Below, one piece after another: positions 16,401 to 31,800 of a stretch of 64,000 nucleotides of DNA. Both the position numbers and the translations under genes were made by a program. Under the pieces are notes generated by a model, which was not told the DNA's origin, searched no databases, and saw only the letters and a list, made by a program, of their open reading frames with translations. Position 1 is the first letter of the stretch, and the number at the start of each line of letters is the position of its first letter. This DNA is from Macrostomum lignano (Eukaryota), in the NCBI GenBank assembly GCA_002269645.1, contig NIVC01003587.1, positions 25,452-89,451 of the forward strand. The letters are read 5' to 3'.

Positions 16401-18010
16401 AGGACGGAGACGACTGGCGACCCGGCGGAGGCGGCGAAGGTCGACGTCGCTCCCGGCACCCGCCGCCGGCTAAGCGAGGCCGACGGCGAGGACGCGGCCG
16501 CAACGAATACGACTCAGATGACGACATTGAGGAGTCTGAGGAGGATCAGTCCGAGGATGAGGCGCGGCGCCCGACTCGGCGAGCTGCAGCCCGGCGGGTC
16601 GTGTTCCAGGAGGACGAGGAAGACGAGGAAGAAGAAGAAGAAGAAAATGAAGCAGAGGCGGCACAGAAGCCGGGAAAAGCTAAAGAAGAAAATGAGGAAA
16701 AAGCTGAAGCAGAAGACGAGGCAGACGAAGACGCTCATGGCCGGCCAAAGTTGCAGATTGCTGGCAGGCAAAAGCAGCTGCAGAAGCGTCGAGCCGCTTG
16801 TCTTGAAGACAGCGACGAAGAGTGGAAAGGGTCAGATGAAGAGGAAGAAGAAGAGGAAGAGGAAGAAGAGGAGGAAGCAGAGGCGGAAGGGGAGGAAGAG
16901 GAACCGCCTCCAGCAAAGGAAACGGTTGCTAAGCGGCAAAAGCTAGCCACGATTGATGATCGAAATAAAGAAAAAGAAGAAGACAATGAGAAACAACAAA
17001 CAGCAGCAGAAGAGAAGGCCGATGCCGAGACGGTAGCAGAGTCTAAACAGACAGTAGAGTCGAAAGAGGCTGAAATAGTTGATGAAGCTAAGAATAAAGC
17101 CATTGAAGAAGAAGTGGCTGAGACAGCGGTTGCTACTGCTCCAGCGGAAGCTGAAGACAATCCGGCCGGAGAGTTTGACAATGCGGAAGACGAGGAGCTG
17201 CCGGATAAGGAGGCCGAGCTGCGCGAAGCCGAGCTGCGGATGGCGCAGGAGGCGGCCAGCTCGATGCCGCAGCAGCCGCCTGCTGTCCAGCGGCTGGAAG
17301 CGCCAGCAGCAGAAGCAGCCGAGCCTGTCCCCACTGCGGCAGCAAAGCCAGCAGCAGCAGCAACAACAAGCAGAACTCAGCAGCAAAGGAAGCAGAAACA
17401 GCAGAAACAGTTGCAGAAGCAGCAACAACAGCAGCAGCAGCAATCTATTCAACAGCCTTCAATACCTTCGCAGCCAATGCAACCGCCAGTGTCTACAGTT
17501 GGTCACGTGATGCCGCCTCAGGCGCCGCCGCATCCGCAGTACATGCCGCAGCAGCAGCAGACAGTCTTGCCGCAACACCAGCCGCACATCGTGTCCACAA
17601 CAGCTGCCTGCCCGCCGCCGCCACCACCGCCGCAGCAGCCAATACCTCCCGATATTAGAGAGCTCTACCTGCCGTCCTGCACTTACGGCGGGCCCAGCTA
17701 CCAGCCTCAGCATCCGCAGCCATATCCGGTGTACACAGCTTATCAGCCACAGCCGCAGCTTCCTCCCATGCAGGCCGGTAGCATGCTTGCCGAGCTGAAC
17801 GACTTGACACCTCCGCCGCCGCCTCCACCAGCGCCGCAGATGCTGCCTCCCATGCCTGCTGTAGTCAGCAGCAGCAGTAGCGCCAACAGTGCCGGAGGAG
17901 CAGCTGGCGGGACGCCGTTCTATATTGAGTCTCTGTTGCATCAGCAGCAGCCGGCGCCAACTTATCCGCCTGCCACCGGGGCTTATGGACAGCAGCATCA
18001 GCCGTTTTAA
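10420..18010 (+). CDS. RSF1: Remodeling and spacing factor 1 (RSF1)-like; DDT/WHIM N-terminus, PHD finger, acidic and Gln/Pro-rich C-terminus; ~1610 aa
   Basis: Exons 10420-11893, 12180-12496, 13424-13765, 14088-14302, 15145-15870, 16252-18010; all GT-AG with matching phases; total 4833 nt = 1611 codons. Motifs CPDFAAACSFL, WENGLRKFC, LLECQFDRN, PIGQD..GCQYW, PHD CxxC..LLLCDSCDVAWHAMCLRPPL..GDWFCPVC, ERLSYVSISVGNII, VNYRFENYDAMIKEAIEED resemble human RSF1 as recalled. Start codon and exon-3 acceptor less certain. Confidence 0.9.
12675..12934 (+). repeat. 26-bp minisatellite (CTCAAATCCTCAGATTGGGATTCCTG), ~10 units, RSF1 intron 2
   Basis: Near-perfect direct repeats. Confidence 0.95.
12938..13345 (-). 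repeat. Inverted copy of RSF1 intron-4 array plus exon-5 acceptor (left arm)
   Basis: Reverse complement of ~14750-15157, including TTGCAG|CCACCGGCGTCCA. Confidence 0.92.
14470..15125 (+). repeat. 28/30-bp minisatellite (GGGAT[AT]TTGGGAT[GT]TCA..CTACATCAAT), RSF1 intron 4 (right arm of inverted repeat)
   Basis: Mixed 28- and 30-bp units ending ~20 nt before the exon-5 acceptor. Confidence 0.92.
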
Positions 18011-18134
18011 AGTAACAAGACAGATGGCGCACTGTTTTCTGTTTGACATTGTTGTTTGGTTTGTAAGTTTATTGATACTATATATTGTATATGCGTTTAT
18101 GCTAATGTTTATAATTGTAATTAAGTCTCGGCTG

Positions 18135-18918
18135 TGTCAGTTAAGAACCAACTGTGTCAGTAAGAACCAATTTTGTCAGTTGGGAATCAGCTGTGTCAGT
18201 TGAGAATCAGCTGTGTCAGTTGAGAACCAGCTGTGTCAGTTGAGAACCAGCTGTGTCAGTTGAGAATCAACTGTGTCAGTTGAGAATCAGCTGTGTCAGT
18301 TAAGAATCAGCTGTGTCAGTTAAGAATCAGCTGTGTCAGTTGAGAACCAGCTGTGTCAGTTGAGAACCAGCTGTGTCAGTTGAGAACCAGCTGTGTCAGT
18401 TGAGAATCAGCTGTGTCAGTTGAGAATCAGCTGTGTCAGTTAAGAATCAGCTGTGTCAGTTAAGAATCAGCTGTGTCAGTTAAGAATCAGCTGTGTCAGT
18501 TTAGAATCAGCTGTGTCAGTTGAGAATCAGCTGTGTCAGTTGAGAACCAGCTGTGTCAGTTGAGAACCAGCTGTGTCAGTTGAGAATCAACTGTGTCAGT
18601 TGAGAATCAGCTGTGTCAGTTAAGAATCAGCTGTGTCAGTTAAGAATCAGCTGTGTCAGTTTAGAATCAGCTGTGTCAGTTGAGAACCCTGTGTCAGTTA
18701 AGAATCAGCTGTGTCAGTTGGGAATCAGCTGTGTCAGTTGAGAATCAGCTGTGTCAGTTGAGAATCAGCTGTGTCAGTTAAGAATCAGCTGTGTCAGTTA
18801 AGAATCAGCTGTGTCAGTTGGGAATCAGCTGTGTCAGTTGAGAATCAGCTGTGTCAGTTGAGAATCAGCTGTGTCAGTTAAGAACCAGTTGTGTCAGTTG
18901 AGAACCAACTGTGTCAGT
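18135..18918 (+). repeat. 20-bp minisatellite (GTTGAGAATCAGCTGTGTCA), ~39 units, downstream of RSF1 stop
   Basis: 20-bp period; degenerate units at the left edge. Confidence 0.95.
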
Positions 18919-20149
18919 GTAATCAATTTTAGTCAGAAGTACCGGTCATGTGACTTAAGCCCCGCCTATTCTATACGAGTCCACAGCAATGCAATCTGAC
19001 TGTCAATTCTGTTTATATTTCGTATTTGTTTATCGAATTTTTGCATTACCCTGTCTGTTACGCCCCTGTGCAATGTTTATAAATTGATCCTTAATTTAAA
19101 TTTGCGCACACCGCTTTACATCATGCTATCATACGTACTACTGATGCTATACATTCTGAGTAGTCTGTCATATTTTTGTGTATGTACGCTTATCTATTCT
19201 GAAAACTTTTCTCTAAGAAAAACTTCGGGCACACCTGCAGTATACTACTAGTAGATAGTTATGTGCGTTTAAATTAATACATACAGAGCCATCCTGCTTT
19301 TAACGCGTTTTTTGTTTCTTTTTTTACTTTTGTACAAACAGATTGTGTGACCAACCTACTCATTAACAAGGCCTGCTGTTGTATGTTAGGTTACCTGTGT
19401 AGCGTGTCTGTTGTAGTTCACTTTATTGTCTAAAACTATATTTATTTCTTAGTTATATCATTTCCAACCCGAAGTTAATCGTCTGTACAGATCTGTTAAA
19501 ATTGTCCCGAGTGTTCAGTTCTGCATTCTCTCTGTAAGTAGTATCTGTTGCTTATGCACGCTCCTCTTAACTGTTAATTCTATCACATTTGCAATTAATG
19601 TAACATCTATCTTAACTCTAATCTAAAAAATATATATGATAAAATTAAGTCTGTGCAAATTTTGTTCTTAAAAGCCTCGCACAAATGCGCTTACAATTAT
19701 AACAAACTTTAAATTGAAGACAATGTCAGTGTAAAGTCACAAAGTGCTTTTTTACTTTAAGTAGCATGACTCGCGCATGCTCTCTTTATTTGCGTAGTTT
19801 TTATAATATCGAATAAATATCCTTAAAAATTTGTGATTTTGTGATTAAGCATGGTTCAATCCATGCTCAATAGATCTATTTAAGGCATATTTGCTTACTT
19901 ACATGTTAGTTGGTCGGGACAAAGTCACATAAGTGACATACCATGCATTGTGCCGTGCCGTGCGGAGCCTGCCCACTGCCACTAGACTGAACTCAGTGTT
20001 ACATATATTTCTTCGATACATATCGCCATTGGCTACAAAAAAACATTTTATTACGAGTATTCTTCGGGGCAGTTGTTTAACGTTTGGTGCTAAAAAATAA
20101 TTTCGACTAATAACTAATGAGTTCGTTCTTATTTTGCATTGATAAGAGC

Positions 20150-20154
20150 AAAAA
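20150..20154 (-). terminator. Pol III terminator (T5) of tRNA-Glu(TTC)
   Basis: AAAAA on + strand, 9 nt past the tRNA 3' end. Confidence 0.7.
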
Positions 20155-20162
20155 GCATTATT

Positions 20163-20234
20163 TTCCCTGACCGGGAGTCGAACCCGGGCCACCTGGGTGA
20201 AAACCAGGGATCCTAACCGCTAGACCATCAGGGA
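20163..20234 (-). tRNA. tRNA-Glu (TTC)
   Basis: 72 nt TCCCTGATGGTCTAGCGGTTAGGATCCCTGGTTTTCACCCAGGTGGCCCGGGTTCGACTCCCGGTCAGGGAA; acceptor stem TCCCTGA/TCAGGGA, anticodon stem CCTGG/CCAGG with loop TT-TTC-AC, B box GGTTCGACTCC. Confidence 0.96.
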
Positions 20235-20812
20235 CTTAGTGTGGGAGTTGGTTGAGTAGTATTTTAAACTTACACAAGCCTTATTTTACGTAAAAATGAT
20301 TTTACTTACAAGTTACAACTCACAACACGTTGATTGATTCGAAATTGCTATAGCAGTACCATTACTTTTATTAGTGTACAGTCGCTTAATCTGCAAAATT
20401 ATCTATTTTATCGACTTTCTATCTATTAGTATCGATCGTAGTAGTATCGTTATAGTATCAAAGTCAAAGATAATTGTTTATAAAATTATTCCAGTGGCTG
20501 TCTGGCTTGATTGGTTATTTTGTCAATAGATTGTATTAGTATGTGTAGCTCGTATACTACTAAATCAGTTAAATTTTTAAACGAGGTTTATGATTCTACT
20601 TATTCTTGCTTTCAATTTTCATTGTTTTGTAAGTAGCCAGTAACGCGTATGCCAGCCGTTCGCTTAATAAGTATAAAAAACTGATGGTCCATTTTTGCTT
20701 AGATTAATAAATGACATGCGCATAATGAAGCTTTTGTGTTTTAGGTTCAGTTGTGTGCTACTGGTTATGGGGATCAAGATTAAAATGAATAACTGATTAA
20801 TAAGGCTGCTGT

Positions 20813-20817
20813 AAAAA
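20813..20817 (-). terminator. Pol III terminator (T5) of tRNA-Glu(CTC)
   Basis: AAAAA on + strand, 6 nt past the tRNA 3' end. Confidence 0.7.
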
Positions 20818-20822
20818 CTATA

Positions 20823-20894
20823 TTCCCTGACCGGGAGTCGAACCCGGGCCGCCTGGGTGAGAGCCAGGAATCCTAACCGCTAGACCATCAGGGA
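20823..20894 (-). tRNA. tRNA-Glu (CTC)
   Basis: 72 nt, 4 differences from the TTC copy; anticodon loop CT-CTC-AC. Confidence 0.96.
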
Positions 20895-21119
20895 CTGATA
20901 CTAAGGCGACGCGATGGGGGGCAAACGGCAACTTAAACCGAGGGACTCTGTGACATCCGCCAGCTTTTCGTTTTTCGAGGAGGCTCTTCCCCCTCCTTTT
21001 CGTTCTGGCCTGGCGTGGAAGCGGCTAGCTTCCTCGTCTTGGTCTGCTGGTGGGGGACGGATCCCCCCTGCTGCTTTTTTGCGGGGCAGGTGGCTGCTAA
21101 GTAGTTGGCTGCTGGCTAA

Positions 21120-26204
<5,085 letters not shown>

Positions 26205-27241
26205 TCCTTGTGCTCTTTTACCTTGGGGTTGCGATAGGGGCCTCGCGGCCTATTCGCGGCGCCTGCGCCCCCCGTCAGTAGTAAGTAAGTAAGGCGACGC
26301 GATTGTATCCATAAAATACTTGTAAGCATATAACACCTTTTAGTAATGCCCCAGGCGGCCAGGGCCCAGTCCTAGTCAGAACTGTACAAATACATGTAGC
26401 TAAGGAAAAAACTGCATCGAGTAGACCGAAAATACGAATGCTAGTGTTGTGGTTGCTAATTTCTATTGCTAGTGTTTATATAATATCACACTATCGATCG
26501 ACTTCGATCGATTGACGATCGGCTGTCCTCTCCATTTGACCTCCAGCGACCCCCAATCCCATTGATCGTCCTCGATTCACGTCGATTGACTTCAATCGAC
26601 CCTATTTATTCTGCAAATTGATTCGACCCCCATAAAACAACATTGACCCCTGTCCAAACAAAACTAGAAGTGCTCCGAAAGAGTGCAATTATGATTATTG
26701 ATTGGCTGAGCAACGGCCTAACGACGGCCATCGGATTTTTCCTTAGCAAACGTACGCAAAGCATGCATGGGTAATAAATGGTATTATTTACTTATTGTAC
26801 CATAGACATTTTGCCTAAGCTACGCTTTAAGAGTGAGGGATAGGGGCTTGGGAGCCCCACTTTGGGGCTCGATCCCCACCATAGACTATTTTAGCAGCAG
26901 TCGCAAAAATTTGTTTTCATGAGCTAACTGCTAAATAAAGCATGATGCAGCTTTCCCGGTGCCCGGCCACGATTTCAAACATTTTGCCGTATCGATAAAA
27001 AGAGCATTGCTCACAAGAAAATTCTCAGTCTCTGAGCACGAGCGCAGTTGCTCTAACTTGATAATATTCTCCGAGTGCGAGCAAAATGCTCAAGAGGCAG
27101 AGGATATGAATAAAGAAAATCATCAAGCTCTGAGAATTTCCTCCGTGACCAGAGCAAATCCGCAGCCACTTTAAACCATAGACAAGACGTCTTCCCACTT
27201 GATTCTATTGACCTTTGCGTGGATCTGAAGCATATATACCA

Positions 27242-27558
27242 CATGGAGGAAAGAATAGAATGGAGTGCTAATCTGAGCAAGTTATTTTTGTCTCGCTACG
27301 AGAGATCTTCACTTTTAACATCCCTCCCCCCTCGTTCTTTCCTATTGGCTCGTGACTGCCATAGACAAAGTATTTTTCGTCTCGTTTTCGTTTTCGTTCC
27401 CCTCTGAAAGGTCTGTCCCAGCATAGTACGAGCTCGCATCAGAATATGCTTTCAGCCAATAGGAAGGAACGGGGGGAAAGGGATGTTAAAAGCGAAAATC
27501 GAGCGAGATGAGAATAACTGGCTCAGATTAGCAACTCCATTCTATTCTTTCCTCCATG
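27242..27558. mobile_element. 317-bp hAT-like MITE with ~110-bp imperfect TIRs
   Basis: Ends CATGGAGGAAAGAATAGAATGGAGT.. / ..ACTCCATTCTATTCTTTCCTCCATG; 8-bp TSD ATATACCA at 27234-27241 and 27559-27566. Confidence 0.85.
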
Positions 27559-28871
27559 ATATACCAATAGACTGTAGGCATTCATTTTGGCGCCTCAGCC
27601 ACTCCACTTTGGCGCTGCAGGCGCTATTTTTTAGCGCCCTAAAGCACAATTATTGATTTCCATAACGGGTCACAAGGTGGGGTGGGAGGGAGACAAAGCA
27701 TCGGCATGTCCCCCTCCCTATCCTCCCGGAGGCGACGCCCCTGAACCCTTGCCTTGCCTTTTGCCTTGGACACCTGGTTTTTGCCGGGCTACATTGGAGC
27801 TCGATCGACTTCGAATAACCTCCATTCGCCCTCTATATCGACCTCAATCCATGAAAAAGCCCATGCCTTAACTGCCTAGCATGTAGCTGTAATACTGTAA
27901 TTCCGACCTGGCCTTGCTTGCCTCTACGGCGGAGGCTGAGGCAGCCTGGTAGCAGCTGCGGCATCGGTCGGGCTAGCAGTGAACATATCAAGAAGACAAA
28001 GGTGATGACCTGTTCCTGAGGAGCTGCCTATCAACATCACCTGCCGGGACGCTGACGGTCGTGCAGCAACTCTACCTCGCTGCACACGCTTCACGCTCGA
28101 CGGTCTTGTGCCCAGCCTTCGGCCCAGCGGTCTTGTGCTAGGAAAGCTGATCTGGCACCGCCCTTTGTGAACGACGGTGTGCCTGAGTTGTAGCTTTTGT
28201 TGCTGTAATTCCGAATTGTGTTATTAATTGAGGACAGGCCCAATGTTTTTGTGCAATTGTTTATAAGATACTGGCGAAGATCCTGTTGTGAATGATATTT
28301 TAATTATTTGTTTTACTGCTTGTGACAGGCACAAACGCCAAGCTACAGTTAAATATTTTAATTATTTGTTTTACTGCTTTTAACAGGGCCAAGCTGAAAG
28401 CTACGCAAAGAGAAGTTTACGGTTAAAATTTATTATTAACTAACTACATGTATAGGTATTGAATAACTAACTTTTTCGAATGGCTAACTACATGTAAATG
28501 CAGCTAGGACGCCATTGTGCACTTTATTTCACAGTTAAATTACACCATAAGCATTGTCAAACGGAACGCTGATAAAAGAATATTGGAAGATTAATAAATT
28601 AATAAATCAAAGATATCCGATCCATCGTTTAATTGAAAATTAATTCAGATAACCATTCTACAAAGAATCGCTGGTTGATATTGAATAGAGTAAAACAATT
28701 ATTTTCGAATCGGGACTTGAATCTACTATTTTATCAAAGTTTTACCAGATCTAGGCGAAATCAAAGGTTACGAGAGCTGGTCAAGTATTGCAATAGTACG
28801 TGACTGTATCATTCTAATGAAAATCCGAACAATTGTTATACCGCTATCAGCTATAAACAAAATCCGGACAC

Positions 28872-31800
28872 TCAGGCGGGACTGTCCTGAGCTGGCATGA
28901 TCACCGCCGCCTGCTTCTGCTCCAGCGCAGCACCGAACGGTACGCCTCGTTTCGGCACGTACTCGCCTACGCGGGGCACCATGGTGATGCAGTCGATGAT
29001 TGGGCAGACAGAGGCGCACAGGGTGCAGCCGGTGCAGTCGTCTGTCACTCGTGGCAGATGCGTCTCGGCGTCAAACTCGATGGCCTGGCGGTGGTGGCGG
29101 CGGGGGTGGCAGTGCAGGGAATGAGTCACCCTAGACAACTCTCTGTAAGAGTGCACCGTAGACAACTCTAACCTCTGTAAGACACCCTAGACAACTCTAA
29201 CCTCTGTAAGACACCCTAGACAACTCTAACCTCTGTAAGACACCCTAGACAACTCTAACCTCTGTAAGACACCCTAGACAACTCTAACCTCTGTAAGAGT
29301 GCACCCTAGACAACTCTAACCTCTGTAAGAGTGCACCCTAGACAACTCTAACCTCTGTAAGAGTGCACCCTAGACAACTCTAACCTCTGTAAGAGTGCAC
29401 CCTAGACAACTCTAACCTCTGTAAGAGTGCACCCTAGACAACTCTAACCTCTGTAAGACACCCTAGACAACTCTAATCTCTGTAAGACACCCTAGACAAC
29501 TCTAACCTCTGTAAGACACCCTAGACAACTCTAACCTCTGTAAGACACCCTAGACAACTCTAATCTCTGTAAGACACCCTAGACAACTCTAACCTCTGTA
29601 AGACACCCTAGACAACTCTAACCTCTGTAAGACACCCTAGACAACTCTAACCTCTGTAAGACACCCTAGACAACTCTAACCTCTGTAAGAGTGCACCCTA
29701 GACAACTCTAACCTCTGTAAGAGTGCACCCTAGACAACTTAACCTGATTACCTGATATCCCGAATCGTTGCAAGTCATGTAGCACTTGCCGCAGTTGATG
29801 CACAAATCGTCGTTAACCAGAGCCACCACCTGCTGTTTATTATCGAGGTCGTAGTAGTTTCCAACCAGGCCGACACTGGCGCCAACAATGTCTGAAACTT
29901 TCGGAACTGGCTTCACGACCGGCCGCTGCCTCTGGGCCAAACCGGTTGAAGCCGGGTCAGGCTTGAGTAGGTCGCGAGTTCGAAGCAGCTCGTGCTCAAG
30001 CGCTTCCCTGCGCTGCTTGTAGGGCCCAAAGGCGGGCAGGGATTGGCCGGTAGCCAGCAGCGACTTGCCGCGCTGGTGCACCGGCGTTGGCGGGCTCTGG
30101 CCGGTCCAGTCCGCCAGGCCTGTTCCAGTTGAATGGGATAAATGGAGATTTAAGGTTTTCATTGGGCCTCGCTTCAGTCGTTAGAACAGCTGTGTTGTGT
30201 GTGCACTGGAGACACGTGGTCGAAAATGCCAAAACTGTTTGGCGTCAGGCAAGGCCAGCAGTCTAGTTCTTCCAGGTGGATTAATTAAAGTTGCTAGAGT
30301 CTCCGAATTGGTTGCTAGGGTCTTCGAATTGGTTGCTAGGGTCTTCGAATTGGTTGCTAGGGTCTTCGAATTGGTTGCTAGGGTCTTCGAATTGGTTGCT
30401 AGGGTCTTCGAATTGGTTGCTATGGTCTCGTATTTTGGTTGCTATGGTCTCGTATTTTGGTTGCTACGGTCTCGTACTTTGGTTGCTAGGGTCTCGTGTT
30501 TTTGTTGCCAGGGTCTCGTATTTTGGTTGCTCGGGTCTTTTTATCTTGGTCGCTAGGGTCATCGTATTTTGGTTGCAACTCTTCGACTTGGTTGCTAGGG
30601 TCTCGAATTGGGTTGTTAGGTGTGCCTAATGGTTAGCTAAGAGCACCAAATATGTACAAAAGCGATTCTAGTAAAATCAACGAAAATGTGTACAATCTCA
30701 CAAATAAAAAAATTAGACATCGGGCAAGAATTAGTTTGTAGTTTCTCAATAAACCTACTTGCAGTAGTCAAGCCAGACAACTAGACCCCATCAGAAATTG
30801 ACTCCCCCAATTTAATCATTCATCAATTTGACGGCAACATGCGCGAGCTGATAAGAGCGAGCAGCCGGTGCGAATCATAAAATTCGCGTAATAAAGTTGA
30901 TAAGAATTTTTTACAACTTTCGCCCATCGGTTCTAAATTGCAAGCTACAGAGCAGACAACCGGGAGGGGGTAGTAGCCGCCTGGATTAAAGATAAAAAAT
31001 ATGATTAAAGCTGGAAAAGTACGCGGTTTAAGACTTGAAAAGACACTGGATCAAGGACCATCTATTATTGGAAACTATTGGAAATATACTCGTAGTATTA
31101 TTGGAAATGGCCAATATCCACTTCTCTCTAATCTCCTCTCCTTTCGCCTCTCCTCTCCCGTTGTCTCCTTACGTATCCTTTATTCTCTTGCCTCTCCTTT
31201 CTCCTATCTCTCTTCTCTATCTCCTCTCTCCCCTCGGGCCCTCTCTCCCCATGCAACAGTTTCCCCACCTGGCCCTTGAGGTAAAATACTTTGCCGCCCC
31301 TCTGAAGTAATTAACTCTACTCGATAGCCCTATTAACCGATGAAGCAGCCAAAACGGCAAGATGCTGAATCAGACTGGGATTTCCAGCTCATCAGATGAT
31401 GAATGGTCATTTAGCTTTACGGCGAAACCGACCTTTGTCTAGAAATACTCGTGATTTAATCTACTTTCCTTTGACCCGTTTTGCCGAGAAAAATCTGCAC
31501 TACAAAAATCAGATTCTGGGGAACGTACTAAAATGAGGGCGTATAGGTTTCTCACTGGGACTGCAGCGATCATTTCTAAGAAAATGGAGTGTAGCCTGAC
31601 ATTAGACACCAGACATTAGACACCAGACATTAGACACCAGACATTAGACACCAGACATTAGACACCAGACATTAGACATTAGACATTAGACACTAGACAT
31701 TAGACACCAGACATTAGACACCGGAGATTAGACACCAGACATTAGACACCGGACATTAGACACCAGACATTAGACACTAGACATTAGACACCAGACATTA

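Noticed and set aside
19848-19867. AGCATGGTTCAATCCATGCT hairpin with a B-box-like core as a third tRNA or SINE
   Set aside because: The stem does not fit T-arm register, and no A box or cloverleaf lies upstream.
26852-26870. GAGCCCCA-CTT-TGGGGCTC hairpin as a Helitron 3' end
   Set aside because: No CTRR terminus at the expected distance on either strand and no matching 5' TC end identified.
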